Shown here in pieces: positions 20,461-29,541 of a stretch of 64,000 bases of DNA. The stretch comes from Dehalococcoidia bacterium (lineage in GTDB: Bacteria; Chloroflexota; Dehalococcoidia; UBA2979), in the NCBI GenBank assembly GCA_965247895.1, contig OZ252046.1, positions 3,319,155 through 3,383,154 of the forward strand. Direction: 5' to 3'. The translations under genes were made by a program, and so were the position numbers. Positions within the stretch are counted from its first letter, which is position 1, and each line of letters starts with the position of its first letter. The notes beneath the pieces were generated by a model. The model did not search any database and was not told the origin of the DNA. It was given only the letters and a program-made list of their open reading frames with translations.

Positions 20461-22039
20461 GGCGGCCCCTTCCCGAGCACCGTGGGAGGGACTCGCGCGC
20501 TGGCTGCGGCGCGCTCCGCTGCTGCTGCTCGTGACTGCCGTGCTGCTGGCCGCCTGTGAAGGAGGCGGCGAGGGCGGCGAGGACTGCGAACCGGCAGCGG
20601 CGCCGGTTACGGGCCCGGCGCCGGAACTCGCCTCCGAGGCGCGGGCCTGGCCGCACGCGAACCGTGACCTCGCAGGCACGCGCGCGACCTTCGACAGCGG
20701 CATCAACTCGAAGACCGTCCAGCGGCTCGAGGTCGCCTGGGAGTACCGGCTGGACCAGAGCGGCAGCCCCAACGGGTCCGCCGCGACGAACCCGCTGATC
20801 CTCGACGGGACCGTCTACGTCTCCGACCTCGACAGTGACATCCACGCAATCGACCTCGGGACGGGGGAGCGGCGCTGGCGCGTCATCAACGACGCGCCGG
20901 TGTTCGGGCCGAACGGCGTGGCCGTCGGCTGGGGGCGCGTGTTCGCCTCCACCGGCGGCGTCTCGATCACGGCCTACGACGCCGCCTGCGGGGAGCGCCT
21001 CTGGGAGACGAAGCTCACCGGGGAAGGCCGCGGCGCCGTCAACTTCCAGCCGCTCGTCGCGGGCGATCTGGTGCTGGCGGCGACCTCGTCACTCTCGATC
21101 CCCGGCAGCCGCGGCTTCCTGTACGCCCTCGATCCCGCGACCGGCGAGGTCGCCTGGTCGTTCGACACGATCGAGTCGCCCGACCTGTGGGGGCATCCGG
21201 AGCTGAACAGCGGCGGCGGCGCCTGGTACCCGCCGGCCGTCGACACCGACGCAGGTCTGGCGTTCTGGGGCACGTCCAGCCCGTATCCGTTCCCCGGCGC
21301 GAGGGGTTTTCCCAACGCCGGCAGCCGGCCGGGTGACAACCGCTGGACGGACTCGGTGCTCGCGCTGGACCTCGAGAGCGGCGCGCTGCGCTGGGGCTAC
21401 CAGCAGATTCCGCACGACCTCTTCGACCGCGACAGCATCGTGACGGCGATCGCGACGATCGAGGGCCCGGACGGTCCGCGGCCCGTGGTGATCAACACCG
21501 GCAAGCACGGGCTCGTCGCCGCCTTCGATCCGTCCGACGGCACGCGGCTCTGGAGCACCCCGGTCGGCATCCACAAGAACGACGAACTGACCTCCTTCGA
21601 GGGCGAGCTGTGGGTGCTGCCCGGCGCGGTGGGCGGCGTGATCACGCCGATCGCGACGGCGCAGGGCGTCGTCTACGCAGTCGCCGTCAACGCCGCCACC
21701 TACTACGAGTCGCCCGAGGAGACCTCCTTCGGCTACACGACGGCGCTGGGCGAGCTGCCCTCGCAGGTCGTCGCCCTTGACGCGGCGAGCGGCGAGGTGC
21801 TGTGGGATGTCGAGCTGCGCGGCGACTCGTTCGGAGGCGCCACCGTCGTCAACGACCTGCTGTTCGTCTCGCTGATCCACGGTCAGGTGATCGCGCTCGA
21901 TCGCTCCACGGGGCGGCAGCTCTGGTCGCTGCAGCTGGAGGGCGGGATCAACGGCTCGCCCGCGGTCGCCGGCGACACGATCGTCGTGCCCGTCGGCCTC
22001 AGCGAGGAGCCGGCGATCGTGGCGCTACGCCTCGACTGA
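20444..22039 (+). CDS. PQQ-like beta-propeller repeat lipoprotein (BamB/quinoprotein-like fold)
   Basis: Signal peptide with lipobox LLAAC. Repeated motifs such as DGTVYVSDLDSDIHAIDLGTGERRWR and ALDPATGEVAWSF. Confidence 0.6.
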   Translation: MSSRTEAAPSRAPWEGLARWLRRAPLLLLVTAVLLAACEGGGEGGEDCEPAAAPVTGPAPELASEARAWPHANRDLAGTRATFDSGINSKTVQRLEVAWEYRLDQSGSPNGSAATNPLILDGTVYVSDLDSDIHAIDLGTGERRWRVINDAPVFGPNGVAVGWGRVFASTGGVSITAYDAACGERLWETKLTGEGRGAVNFQPLVAGDLVLAATSSLSIPGSRGFLYALDPATGEVAWSFDTIESPDLWGHPELNSGGGAWYPPAVDTDAGLAFWGTSSPYPFPGARGFPNAGSRPGDNRWTDSVLALDLESGALRWGYQQIPHDLFDRDSIVTAIATIEGPDGPRPVVINTGKHGLVAAFDPSDGTRLWSTPVGIHKNDELTSFEGELWVLPGAVGGVITPIATAQGVVYAVAVNAATYYESPEETSFGYTTALGELPSQVVALDAASGEVLWDVELRGDSFGGATVVNDLLFVSLIHGQVIALDRSTGRQLWSLQLEGGINGSPAVAGDTIVVPVGLSEEPAIVALRLD

Positions 22040-22057
22040 CCGAGGGCGCTCGTGAGC

Positions 22058-22990
22058 CTACGCCGCCGGTGACGCAGCGCGCTCGGTGACGAGGCGCAGG
22101 AAGGCGGCGACGCGCGCGTCGTCCGGCGCGTGCGCGCGGCGGACCGCGAGCAGCGTGCGCTCGGCGACAAGCTCGCGCCGCTGCGGGCGCAGCGAGGGCG
22201 TCCCGGCCTCGGCGATCTCGGCGGGCAGCACGCTCCAGCAGAGGCCGAGCGCCACCATCTGGCGCAGCACGGCCGGGTTGTCGCTCTCCAGCGTCACGCG
22301 TGGCCGCAGCCCGCGCAGCGCGAAGCCTTCGTCGATCAGCAGGCGCGTGCGGCGTCCCTGCGGAAAGAGCGCCCACTCGCCCTGATCCGGCGCCTCTTCC
22401 GTGTCCGGCGGCGCGTAGACGTAGAGCGGCTCGCGCAGCACCTCGGTCGAGCGGTAGCCCTCGGGCGGCGGCCCGACGACGAAGGCGACGTCCAGCTCGA
22501 AGCGCGCCAGCCGATCGAGCAGGACGGCGCTGCGATCGACGATCAGCCGCACCTGCACGCCGGGGCGGGCGTCGCGGAAGGCGCGCACGGTCTCCGGCAG
22601 CACGTAGAGGCTCGCCGCGTCGATCATCCCGATCCGCAGCACTCCGCCGCCGCCGGCCTCCAGCTCCTGCAGCCATTCCCGCAGCTCGGCGGCGCGGCCC
22701 AGCACCTCCGAGGCGAAGCGGGCGACCTCGGTGCCCGCTTCGGTCAGCCGCCGCCCCCGTCCCGCGCGCTCCAGCAGCGCCGCGCCGAGCCGCCGCTCCA
22801 GCTGCGCGATCGCCTGCGAGAGCGCGGGCTGGGTGACGCCGAGGCGGCGCGCCGCCTCCGTCAGCGAGCCATGCCGCTCCACAGCGCGGAGATACGCGAG
22901 CTGCTGCATGTGCACGTTGAGCGGCGCCGCCTCGATGGCCTCGATGGGTTCTGCTGCGTCGCCATCGGCGACCTCGGGGGGAAGTGTCAT
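22058..22990 (-). CDS. LysR-family transcriptional regulator, divergent from ino1
   Basis: HTH LTEAARRLGVTQPALSQAIAQLE. The start could instead be the Met at 22909 (MQQLAYLRAVE...). Confidence 0.8.
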   Translation of the reverse strand: MTLPPEVADGDAAEPIEAIEAAPLNVHMQQLAYLRAVERHGSLTEAARRLGVTQPALSQAIAQLERRLGAALLERAGRGRRLTEAGTEVARFASEVLGRAAELREWLQELEAGGGGVLRIGMIDAASLYVLPETVRAFRDARPGVQVRLIVDRSAVLLDRLARFELDVAFVVGPPPEGYRSTEVLREPLYVYAPPDTEEAPDQGEWALFPQGRRTRLLIDEGFALRGLRPRVTLESDNPAVLRQMVALGLCWSVLPAEIAEAGTPSLRPQRRELVAERTLLAVRRAHAPDDARVAAFLRLVTERAASPAA

Positions 22991-23125
22991 GGGGGCAGTA
23001 TAGATAAGCACGGCTTCTGTGTCTCATCATCGATTCGTATTGGAGTAATGGACGCGGCGCGCCTATCGTAGTTTGGAAGACCGCGCCGCGCTCCCGCGCG
23101 GAGTGGCGCGAACGGAGGTTGCTCG

Positions 23126-24220
23126 ATGGGCGATCCGATCAACGTAGCGATCATCGGCGTGGGGAACTGTGCCTCCTCGCTGGTCCAGGGCATCGAGTTC
23201 TACCGTGACGCGCGCGCGGACGAGACGATTCCGGGGCTGATGCACCCGCAGCTCGGCGACTACCACATCCGCGACATCCGCTTCAGCGCCGCCTTCGACA
23301 TCGACGTGAACAAGGTGGGCCACGACATCTCCGAGGCGATCTACGCGCCGCCGAACAACACCTTCCGCTTTGCCGACGTGCCGGCCACGGGCGTCACCGT
23401 GGACCGCGGCATGACGCACGACGGCCTCGGCAAGTACCTCTCCGAGGTGATCACGAAGGCGCCGGGCTCGACCGCCGACATCGCCGGCATCCTGCGCGCG
23501 ACGAACACCCACGTCGTCGTCAACTACCTGCCGGTCGGCTCCGAAGAGGCGACGAAGTGGTACGTGGAGCAGGTGCTGGCGGCCGGCTGCGCCTTCATCA
23601 ACTGCATCCCCGTCTTCATTGCCAAGGAGGGCCACTTCCAGCAGCGCTTCATCGACGCGGGCCTGCCCGTGATCGGCGACGACATCAAGTCGCAGGTCGG
23701 CGCGACGATCCTGCACCGCCTGCTGGCGCGGCTCTTCCTGGACCGCGGCGTGCGCGTGGACCGCACCTACCAGCTCAACTTCGGCGGCAACACGGACTTC
23801 CTCAACATGCTCGAGCGCGAGCGGCTGGAGTCCAAGAAGATCTCCAAGACCAACGCCGTCACCTCGCAGATCGACTACGAGCTGCCGGGCACCGACGTGC
23901 ACGTCGGGCCCTCCGACCACGTGCCGTGGCTGGAAGACCGCAAGTGGTGCCACATCCGCATGGAGGGCACGACCTTCGGCAACGTCCCGCTCAACCTGGA
24001 GTGCAAGCTGGAGGTCTGGGACAGCCCCAACTCCGCCGGCGTCGTGATCGACGCCATCCGCTGCGCGAAGATCGCGCTCGACCGCGGCATCGGCGGCCCG
24101 CTGCTCGCCCCCTCGGCCTACTTCATGAAGTCGCCGCCGGAGCAGTGGGTGGACCACGTCGCACGCGACGAGCTCGAGGTCTTCATCGCCGGGGAGGCGG
24201 AGGCGGCCGCGGCCGGATAG
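23126..24220 (+). CDS. ino1: myo-inositol-1-phosphate synthase (Ino1)
   Basis: Strong similarity by recall to mycobacterial Ino1: [86 protein letters not shown]. Confidence 0.9.
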   Translation: MGDPINVAIIGVGNCASSLVQGIEFYRDARADETIPGLMHPQLGDYHIRDIRFSAAFDIDVNKVGHDISEAIYAPPNNTFRFADVPATGVTVDRGMTHDGLGKYLSEVITKAPGSTADIAGILRATNTHVVVNYLPVGSEEATKWYVEQVLAAGCAFINCIPVFIAKEGHFQQRFIDAGLPVIGDDIKSQVGATILHRLLARLFLDRGVRVDRTYQLNFGGNTDFLNMLERERLESKKISKTNAVTSQIDYELPGTDVHVGPSDHVPWLEDRKWCHIRMEGTTFGNVPLNLECKLEVWDSPNSAGVVIDAIRCAKIALDRGIGGPLLAPSAYFMKSPPEQWVDHVARDELEVFIAGEAEAAAAG

Positions 24221-24272
24221 CAGGCGCGCGAAGGCGCCCCGTCACGCGATCCGCGGGGTAGACTGCGCGCCG

Positions 24273-25151
24273 ATGGCCATCTACTGGGGGTTCCGGATCG
24301 CGGCCCTGCTCGTGCGTGCGATCCCGCTGCGTGCCTCGTATGCGGTCGCGCGGCTGGGCGGGCTGTGCGTCTTCTACCTCTGGCGCGGCGGCCGGCGGCG
24401 CTGCATCGCCAACATGCGCCGCGTCACCGGCGGGGACGAGGCGCGCGCGCGGCGGCTGGCTCGCCGCTCCTTCGGCTACTACGGCCTCTACCTCGTCGAC
24501 TTCCTTGGCATCACCGCCGTCTCCGGCCCGGAAGTCCGGCGGCGCATCATCTTCGACGAGTGGGCGCAACTTGATGAGGCGCGCGCCGGCAACGGCGTGC
24601 TCCTCGTGACCATCCACTTCGGCAACTGGGATCTCGGCGCCGCCGCGATGACGGAGCACGGCTACCCGATCTCCGTCATCGCCGATACGTTCGCCGACCC
24701 GCGGCTCGACGACCTCGTCTTCTCCTCGCGGCGGGGGATTGGGCTGCGCATCCTGCCCGCCGGGCGGCTCACGATGCAGCTCGTGCGCGCCCTGCGCGAC
24801 AACGAGATCGTGGCCGTGCTCGCCGACGTTCCGCAGCCCACGGGCGGCGTCGGCGTCGAGTTCTTCGGTGCGACGATCTCGGTCCCGGACGGGGCGGCGC
24901 GGCTGGCCCTGCGCACGGGAGCCAACGTGGTCGCGGCCACCGTGCCGCGCCTCGGGCCGTGGAGCGACGAGTTCACTGGTGACTTCCGGCGCATCGAGAT
25001 CGAGCGCAGCGGCGATCGCGATGAGGACGCGCGCGCGCTGACCCAGGCGATGTTCAACGCCTTCGAGGAGATGGTGCGCGCGCGGCCGGAGCAGTGGTAC
25101 ATCTTCCGCCCGCTCTGGCTGGACGACGCTGTGGCGGAGGCTGCGAGCTAG
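24273..25151 (+). CDS. LpxL/HtrB-family lysophospholipid acyltransferase, PatA-like (copy 1)
   Basis: HFGNWDL (HX4D-like) acyltransferase motif and N-terminal membrane-association helix. Same family as mycobacterial PatA. Confidence 0.75.
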   Translation: MAIYWGFRIAALLVRAIPLRASYAVARLGGLCVFYLWRGGRRRCIANMRRVTGGDEARARRLARRSFGYYGLYLVDFLGITAVSGPEVRRRIIFDEWAQLDEARAGNGVLLVTIHFGNWDLGAAAMTEHGYPISVIADTFADPRLDDLVFSSRRGIGLRILPAGRLTMQLVRALRDNEIVAVLADVPQPTGGVGVEFFGATISVPDGAARLALRTGANVVAATVPRLGPWSDEFTGDFRRIEIERSGDRDEDARALTQAMFNAFEEMVRARPEQWYIFRPLWLDDAVAEAAS

Positions 25152-25154
25152 CCC

Positions 25155-26045
25155 GTGCCTGGCTTCATCCTGCTGTGGTGCTGGGTGCGCCTCTTCGGGC
25201 GGCTGCCGCAGCGTGTGCTCTACCTCATCGCCGATCTCGGCGCGGCGGTTGCCTGGTACGCCTCGCCACGGTTGCGCAACGTCGCCCGCTCGCACATGCG
25301 CCGCGCCTGCGCACCGGAGGCGACGCCGCGAGAGCGCACCCGCGCCGCGCGCGGCTGCCTGCGCAGCGCCGCACGCTACTGGGCCGACCTCGCCTGGTCG
25401 GCCCACCGCCCGCCCGAGCGGGCGATCGATCGCCTCGAGGCCGTCGATGGCTTCGAGCACTTCTTCGCCGCGCACGACCGGGGTTGCGGCGTGGTCCTCG
25501 TCTCCGCGCACCTCGGCAGCCCGGAGCACATGATCCGCACCGTGGGTGCGCTGGGACTCGACGTGGTGGTGCTCACGGAGCCGCTCTCGCCGCCCGCGCT
25601 GCACCGCCTCGTACACGAGGTTCGGGCCGCGCCCGGCGTGCGCTTCGTGCCGGCGGACCTCCGCGGCGTGCGCGCCGCGATCGAGCAGCTGCGCAACGGG
25701 GGGATGCTGGCCATTCTCGCCGACCGCGACGTGCTCGGCAGCGGCCAGTTGCAGCAGTTCTTCGGCGAGCCGGCGCGCCTGCCGCGTGGGCCCGTCGAAC
25801 TGGCGTTGCGCGCCAACGCGGACATCGTCGTCGGCTTCGTGCGGCGTACGGAGCGGGGAGGCGTGCGCCTCAGCCTCGATCCGCCGCTCGCGCTGCCGCG
25901 CAGCGGGAACCGCGAGGCGGACGCGGCGGCGGGCATGGACCTGCTGCTGCGCGCGCTGGAGCGCGGCATCCGCGAGTCCCCGGATCAGTGGTTCGCACTG
26001 CACCCCGTCTGGGATGACACGACCCCGGCCGGGTCTGCCTCGTAG
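25155..26045 (+). CDS. LpxL/HtrB-family lysophospholipid acyltransferase, PatA-like (copy 2, paralog)
   Basis: Same architecture as copy 1 (VSAHLGSPEHM, ILADRD). Begins 4 nt after copy 1. Confidence 0.7.
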   Translation: MPGFILLWCWVRLFGRLPQRVLYLIADLGAAVAWYASPRLRNVARSHMRRACAPEATPRERTRAARGCLRSAARYWADLAWSAHRPPERAIDRLEAVDGFEHFFAAHDRGCGVVLVSAHLGSPEHMIRTVGALGLDVVVLTEPLSPPALHRLVHEVRAAPGVRFVPADLRGVRAAIEQLRNGGMLAILADRDVLGSGQLQQFFGEPARLPRGPVELALRANADIVVGFVRRTERGGVRLSLDPPLALPRSGNREADAAAGMDLLLRALERGIRESPDQWFALHPVWDDTTPAGSAS

Positions 26046-26074
26046 GCGCTGCTCGATGTGCGTAGAATGCCGCC

Positions 26075-26854
26075 ATGACCGATGACGCTTCCTCGGTCAT
26101 CCGCTTCGGCCAGGCCGACCTCCAGATCCATACGGCGCACGGCGATGGCATGGCGGATGCGCGCGCACTGCTCGACCACGTCGAGCAGCACACGGATCTC
26201 GACGTGCTGGCGGTGACCGACCACGACGACGTGCGGGGCGCGCTGATCGCGCGCGAGCTGCACGCGCAGGGCCGCTACCGCTTCGAGTTCGTCCCCGGCA
26301 TCGAGCTCACGACCCGCTCCGGCCACCTGCTCGCCCTCTGGATCGACGAGCCGCTGCCGACGCTGCGGCCGCTCGAGGAGTCCGTGGCGGCCGTGCACCG
26401 GGCCGGCGGGCTGGCCGTCGCGCCGCACCCGTTCTCCTGGCTCACGCGCTCGATCGGTCAGCGCGCGCTCGAGCGGCTGCTGGCGATCGACGACCCCGCG
26501 GCGCACCTCGACGGCATCGAGGTCGCGAACCCGACGATCGCGGGGCGCGTGACCGGCGCCAAGGCGCGGCGGCTCAACGCCGAGCGCTACGGCCTGGCGG
26601 AGACCGGCGGCAGCGACGCACACTTCCTCGAACACGTCGGCAGTGCGACGACGCTGTTCGAGGGCTGGACGGCGGCGGCCCTGCGGCGAGCGATCGAGGA
26701 GCGGCGCTGCTCCGGGGTCACGCACGGCGCGCCCGGACTGCGGACGCTCGGCGTGCGGCAGCTGGCCGCGCAGCAGGTGCGCGGGCTCGCCGTGACGCCG
26801 CGCAAGGTGGTTGGCGAGCGCTGGCGGCGGCTGCGAGGGGAGACGGCGCGATGA
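26075..26854 (+). CDS. PHP-domain metal-dependent phosphoesterase
   Basis: PHP motifs DLQIHTAHGDG, VTDHD, GIE, APHP, GGSDAH. Its stop overlaps the pimA start. Confidence 0.8.
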   Translation: MTDDASSVIRFGQADLQIHTAHGDGMADARALLDHVEQHTDLDVLAVTDHDDVRGALIARELHAQGRYRFEFVPGIELTTRSGHLLALWIDEPLPTLRPLEESVAAVHRAGGLAVAPHPFSWLTRSIGQRALERLLAIDDPAAHLDGIEVANPTIAGRVTGAKARRLNAERYGLAETGGSDAHFLEHVGSATTLFEGWTAAALRRAIEERRCSGVTHGAPGLRTLGVRQLAAQQVRGLAVTPRKVVGERWRRLRGETAR

Positions 26855-28026
26855 AGATAGCCCTCGTCTCGCCCTACGACTGGCTCACGCCCGGCGGCGT
26901 CAACAAGCACATCGAGCAGCTCTCGTCGCGCTTCGAGGAGTACGGCCACGAGCCGATCATCCTCGCGCCGGCCAGCGCTCCGGTGGACGACCCGCGCGTG
27001 CGTGTGCTCGGCCGCCCGACGTCCGTGCCCGCCTCGGGCTCGATGGCGCGCATCGCGCTCTCGCCACGACTGGGGCGGCGGGTGCGCGAGGTGCTGGAGC
27101 AAGAGGCCTTTGACGTGGTGCACGTGCACGAACCGCTGATGCCGACGCTGCCGATCCAGGTGCTGCGCAACTCGCGCGCGGCCAACCGGGACGTCGTCAA
27201 CGTCGGCACCTTCCATGCGACGAAGGACGGCGGCAACCGCCTCTACTCCTACGGGCGGCGGCTGCTCAAGCGCTGGTATCGTGAGCTCGACGGCAAGATC
27301 ACCGTCTCGCCACCCGCCGGGCGCTATGTGGGGCGTTACTTCCCCGGCTTCTACAACATCATCCCAAACGGCATCGAGGTGGAGCGCTTCGCCGATCCCA
27401 CGCTTGAGCCGATCGAGGGCCTCGACGACGGGCGCGTCAACATCCTCTACGTCGGCCGCGCCGAGAAGCGGAAGGGGCTCGCGCACCTGCTACGCGCCTT
27501 CGGCATCGTGAACGCGCGCGACCCGGGGACGCGCCTCGTGGTCGTCGGGCCGGACTCGCGCGGCAAGCGCCGCTACCGCGCCTCGATGGAGCACGCGGGC
27601 CGCCGCGGCATCCGCTTCGTCGACGACGTATCCGACGAGGATCTGCCCCGCTACTACCGCAGCGCCGACATCTTCTGCTCGCCGGCGGAGGGCCACGAGT
27701 CGCAGGGCTACGTGCTGCTGGAGGCGCTCTCCTCGGGCGTGCCGATCGTCGCCTCGAACATCGACGGCTACGCCTCGGTGGTCACGGACGAGGTCGAGGG
27801 GCTGCTCGTGCGCCCCCGCGATCCGATGGCGCTGGCGGACGCACTGACGCGGCTGGTGCGCAGCCGCGGGCTGCGCGAGGAGCTGGCGAAGGCGGGCCGT
27901 CAGCGCGTCGAGGTCTACTCCTGGCCGCGAGTCACGCGGCGGGTGCTCTCCTACTACGAGCGACTGCGCTACGATCGCGCTACCCACAGCCGCGCCGTGC
28001 GGGACGCCGCGCGGCGTCCCGACTAG
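26851..28026 (+). CDS. pimA: GT4 glycosyltransferase, phosphatidylinositol alpha-mannosyltransferase PimA-like
   Basis: N-terminus KIALVSPYDWLTPGGVNKHIEQL aligns with mycobacterial PimA RIGMVCPYSFDVPGGVQSHVLQL. Also VHVHEP and the C-terminal GT-B E-x7-E region. Confidence 0.8.
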   Translation: MKIALVSPYDWLTPGGVNKHIEQLSSRFEEYGHEPIILAPASAPVDDPRVRVLGRPTSVPASGSMARIALSPRLGRRVREVLEQEAFDVVHVHEPLMPTLPIQVLRNSRAANRDVVNVGTFHATKDGGNRLYSYGRRLLKRWYRELDGKITVSPPAGRYVGRYFPGFYNIIPNGIEVERFADPTLEPIEGLDDGRVNILYVGRAEKRKGLAHLLRAFGIVNARDPGTRLVVVGPDSRGKRRYRASMEHAGRRGIRFVDDVSDEDLPRYYRSADIFCSPAEGHESQGYVLLEALSSGVPIVASNIDGYASVVTDEVEGLLVRPRDPMALADALTRLVRSRGLREELAKAGRQRVEVYSWPRVTRRVLSYYERLRYDRATHSRAVRDAARRPD

Positions 28027-28071
28027 GCGCGGGTCCGCATTGAGGACGAGCGCGACGAGGAGCACGCGGCG

Positions 28072-28683
28072 ATGACGATGCTCCCGCGCCTGCTGCCCTC
28101 GCGCGTCCCGGCGCTGATCCTCGACCCGATCGTGCGGCTGCTGATCGCGCTGCGCATCACGCCGAACGTGATCACGGTCGCCGGCTTCCTCGGCGCCGTG
28201 GCTGGCGCCGCGCTGATCGCGAACGGCGAACTGCTGATCGGCGGCATCGTGGTCCTGATCGCGGGCGCCCTCGATCTGTTCGACGGTGCGCTGGCGCGGG
28301 CGACGGGCCGCGCCGGCCCGGTCGGCGCGCTGCTCGACTCGACGCTCGACCGCTGTTCCGAGGCGGTCGTGCTGTTCGGCGTGATCCTCTACGAGCTGGA
28401 TCGAGGCAACAGCGAGGAAGCCGCGCTGGTCTTCGTCGCGCTCGCGGGCTCGTTCCTCGTCTCCTACGTGCGCACGCGCGCGGGGGAGCTGGGCTCCGAC
28501 GTCTCGGCGGGGCTGGCGACGCGCCCGGAGCGCGTGCTGCTGCTGTCGGTGGGGTTGATGACGGGCTGGCTGCGCGTGACGCTGTGGATCCTCGCGATCG
28601 CCACGGTGCTGACGGCGCTGCAGCGGCTGGTGATCGCAATCGGCGCGCTGCGGCGCGCGCAGTCAGCGGAAGGCGGCGATTGA
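28072..28683 (+). CDS. CDP-alcohol phosphatidyltransferase, phosphatidylinositol-phosphate synthase (PgsA1/PIPS-like)
   Basis: DG..AR...G.....D...D motif (DLFDGALARATGRAGPVGALLDSTLDRCSE). About 6 TM helices, ~200 aa, typical for PIP synthases. Confidence 0.75.
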   Translation: MTMLPRLLPSRVPALILDPIVRLLIALRITPNVITVAGFLGAVAGAALIANGELLIGGIVVLIAGALDLFDGALARATGRAGPVGALLDSTLDRCSEAVVLFGVILYELDRGNSEEAALVFVALAGSFLVSYVRTRAGELGSDVSAGLATRPERVLLLSVGLMTGWLRVTLWILAIATVLTALQRLVIAIGALRRAQSAEGGD

Positions 28684-28684
28684 G

Positions 28685-29512
28685 GTGGTGAGCAGCGAAC
28701 CGGTCATCCCGCGCGAACAACGGCCAGCGATCGCGAACTACCTCTCGCAGCGCCTCGCCGGACCCGTCTCGGTCGAGACCTGGACGCAGCGCGAATCCAG
28801 GCTCGTGCGCACGGACCGCGACCCCTGCATGTTCTGCGAACCGGTCACCAGCGCCGCGAGGCAGCTCGCCGCGCTGCACCCGCTGATCTCGCTCACGCCC
28901 TACGACATCGACAAGCACGCCGACCGCGCCGCCGAGGCCGGCATCGAGCGCCCGCCCGTGACCGTGCTGCGAGGCCGCAACGGCCGCGAGGTCCGCTTCA
29001 CGGGCCTCTGGTCCGGCCTGCTCTTCACGGCCTTCATGGACGCCGTGGTCTACGTCGGCGCGGGCGTCGCGCCGATCAACCCGGAGACGCGCGAGGCGCT
29101 GCAAGCGATCGAGGAAGAGCTGCGGCTCGAGCTGCTCGTCGCGCCCTACGACCCGTACTCGGCCTACACGCTGCGGGTCGCCGCGGCGTTCGCCGTCGAG
29201 GCGCGTCGCGTGCGCCTCGAGGTGATCGAGATCTCCGAGTTCCCGCGGCTGGCGCAGACGCGGATGGTCACCGAGGTCCCGGTGCTGCTGGTCAACGGTC
29301 GCCGCTTCACGGGCGCCTGGGACGAGAACGACCTGCTGGAGCAGTTGAAGCGCGTCGCCGCCAGCGACTCGGAGCCGGTGATCCGCGAGCGCATCCTCGT
29401 CTCGCCCTTCATGGACGTCGACCAGGCGCAGGCGTTCGCCGCCCGCGAGGCGCAGGGCGTCGCCCGCCAGCCGCCCACGACCCCGGGCGGCCTCATCATC
29501 CCCGGCCGCTAG
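28685..29512 (+). CDS. thioredoxin-fold protein with two TRX-like domains (CxxC only in the first)
   Basis: CMFC redox motif; second domain ...VPVLLVNGRRF... lacks cysteines. The last 5 codons lie in a 44-bp sequence repeated at 31526. Confidence 0.5.
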   Translation: MVSSEPVIPREQRPAIANYLSQRLAGPVSVETWTQRESRLVRTDRDPCMFCEPVTSAARQLAALHPLISLTPYDIDKHADRAAEAGIERPPVTVLRGRNGREVRFTGLWSGLLFTAFMDAVVYVGAGVAPINPETREALQAIEEELRLELLVAPYDPYSAYTLRVAAAFAVEARRVRLEVIEISEFPRLAQTRMVTEVPVLLVNGRRFTGAWDENDLLEQLKRVAASDSEPVIRERILVSPFMDVDQAQAFAAREAQGVARQPPTTPGGLIIPGR

Positions 29513-29541
29513 CCGGGGCGGCGAGCGATGTAGATCGCGAT
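29498..29541. repeat. 44-bp direct repeat, copy 1 (relic of the metalloprotease gene 3' end)
   Basis: catccccggccgctagccggggcggcgAgcgaTgtagatCgcg matches 31526..31569 with 3 mismatches. Contains a 7-bp stem hairpin CCCCGGC-cgcta-GCCGGGG. The minus strand encodes ...IAIYIARRPG*, like the metalloprotease C-terminus GGAIYVARRPG*. Confidence 0.6.

Noticed and set aside
22300-23071. + strand ORFs 22130..23071 and 22300..22836 opposite the LysR gene
   Set aside because: Arg/Ala-rich antisense frames. The LysR reading has a clear HTH and substrate-binding domain.
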